Source: TPA_inf: Saccharomyces
Lineage: Eukaryota
Assembly: GCA_000146045.2 (NCBI GenBank)
Contig: BK006947.3
Coordinates: 128,001 to 192,000, forward strand
Reading direction: 5' to 3'
DNA length: 64,000 bases
In this document: positions 62,958 to 64,000 of the stretch, one piece after another
How positions within the stretch are numbered: the first letter of the stretch is position 1
Layout: every line of letters begins with the position of its first letter
Translations under genes and position numbers: made by a program
The notes under the pieces: model-generated
Told to the model about the DNA's origin: nothing
The model's database searches: none
Seen by the model: the letters and a program-made list of their open reading frames with translations, nothing else

Positions 62958-63323
62958 TCATGAATTGTACTTTTTATATATAAAGATAAACGTTAATATA
63001 AATATATTTATTTGAAGACGTCTTTTACGTTTTTCTGTATCTGATTGGTATATGCGTTCTCGTCCGGGGACATTTTTTCTTTTTTTGGTGCGGCGAATGG
63101 AAATAATCGCGATAATGAATATGCAAGGAACAAAGAACAGACACCCCACCCTTATTATCATATCACATCTCTGTAGGAGTCTACCATTTTGCTTCTATTG
63201 TAATCTTTGCGACTTTATTTCAACTCACCATTCATACAAAATTTCTACTGCCGTTTAAAATAAGGAAAGCATAAAGATTAAAGCAAATTAAGAGGAACCC
63301 TTTTTTTTTTTGATTTCGATACA

Positions 63324-64000
63324 ATGGCATTTTGGTTACCTCAAAATATACAAAAGCGGCTGCTTCTTTACGTCCTTCAGCAAATTTCGCTGTTCTCCAA
63401 TATAGATTTATCTAACTTGGACGTTTCTATAGGGTCTAAGTCACATTTCTCGTTCCATGATGTGAATCTGTCACTTGATGATCTCAACATTCCAAACGTG
63501 CAAATAAACGAAGGCATAGTTGACGAGCTTGTGTTAAAATTAACAGTTTCTGGCGGTGTGGAAATCGATGGGTCTGGTTTAAGATTTATCATGACACCTT
63601 TATATTCCAGTGGCTCACAGGAACTTCACTCAGATTTTTTGGTTAAAAGCATCCAAGATCTTACGAATTCGATGTTACAATTTAGTGATCCATTGACCAC
63701 ATATAATAGGTACAAAGAAGATGACATTAGCTCTTCAGACAGTAGTAGTGATCTCAACTCTAATATAGAAGCTTCAAAACCAGCCGCAAATGGTTCTTAT
63801 ACTCTTCAAAATATGCGGAACAAGGCCCTTAATGTAGCCTTAGCGAAATTGAAAATAGCATTAAAGGACGTTACCATACGTTTCATAGTGAATGATAGAG
63901 ATCCTTCCGATAACATTGTGGAGGTTCATCTAGAAAGCATACAACTTATTACTACAGACGCAAATTTACGACATATAAACATTGAAAATATCACCATTTC
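63324..64000 (+). CDS. ATG2: Partial CDS (first ~225 codons; continues beyond window end): Atg2, autophagy lipid-transfer protein (Chorein_N start)
   Basis: ATG at 63324-63326 opens a frame MAFWLPQNIQKRLLLYVLQQISLFSNIDLSNLDVSIGSKSHFSFHDVNLSLDDLNIPNVQINEGIVDELVLKL... with no stop before the window end. Absent from the ORF track because no stop is included. Confidence 0.8.
   Translation, partial: MAFWLPQNIQKRLLLYVLQQISLFSNIDLSNLDVSIGSKSHFSFHDVNLSLDDLNIPNVQINEGIVDELVLKLTVSGGVEIDGSGLRFIMTPLYSSGSQELHSDFLVKSIQDLTNSMLQFSDPLTTYNRYKEDDISSSDSSSDLNSNIEASKPAANGSYTLQNMRNKALNVALAKLKIALKDVTIRFIVNDRDPSDNIVEVHLESIQLITTDANLRHINIENITI

Overview
This window is a gene-dense, well-characterised stretch of the Saccharomyces cerevisiae chromosome XIV left arm, running from the 5' part of SEC2 (YNL272C) to the 5' part of ATG2 (YNL242W). 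I assign 30 protein-coding genes: SEC2, BNI1, ALP1, BSC4, LYP1, PIK1, IST1, PDR17, YIF1, POL2, ORC5, LTO1, ATX1, DSL1, SIP3, FOL1, GIS2, RTC4, TEX1, MRPL17, NRD1, RAD50, MPA43, RPA49, YNL247W/CRS1, VPS75, CWC25, SUI1, SLA2, ATG2. Assignments rest on complete ORFs whose translated products, lengths and gene order I recognise. Two genes carry a spliceosomal intron near the 5' end (IST1, VPS75); I located these by canonical GTATGT/TACTAAC/AG signals and by restoring the known N-termini. The ORF track evidently accepts TTG/GTG starts, so several listed ORFs (PDR17, ORC5, LTO1, DSL1, FOL1, GIS2, CRS1, SUI1) are artificially extended at the N-terminus; I reset those to the first in-frame ATG. I found no tRNA, rRNA, Ty/LTR, CRISPR or prokaryote-type defence locus, so I do not think the window holds an undescribed 'system'. 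The most notable content is (i) BSC4 between the divergent permease paralogs ALP1 and LYP1, ending in a leaky TGA-C stop with a 106-codon stop-free in-frame extension, and (ii) a ~170-nt tract of ~96% nucleotide identity between ALP1 and LYP1 that I read as gene conversion. Further observations: nested in-frame AUGs in the single-copy CysRS gene, a PAC/RRPE ribosome-biogenesis promoter module, an MCB in the POL2 promoter, overlapping convergent stop codons (VPS75/CWC25), skipped AGs in the VPS75 intron, and several coding and non-coding simple repeats.
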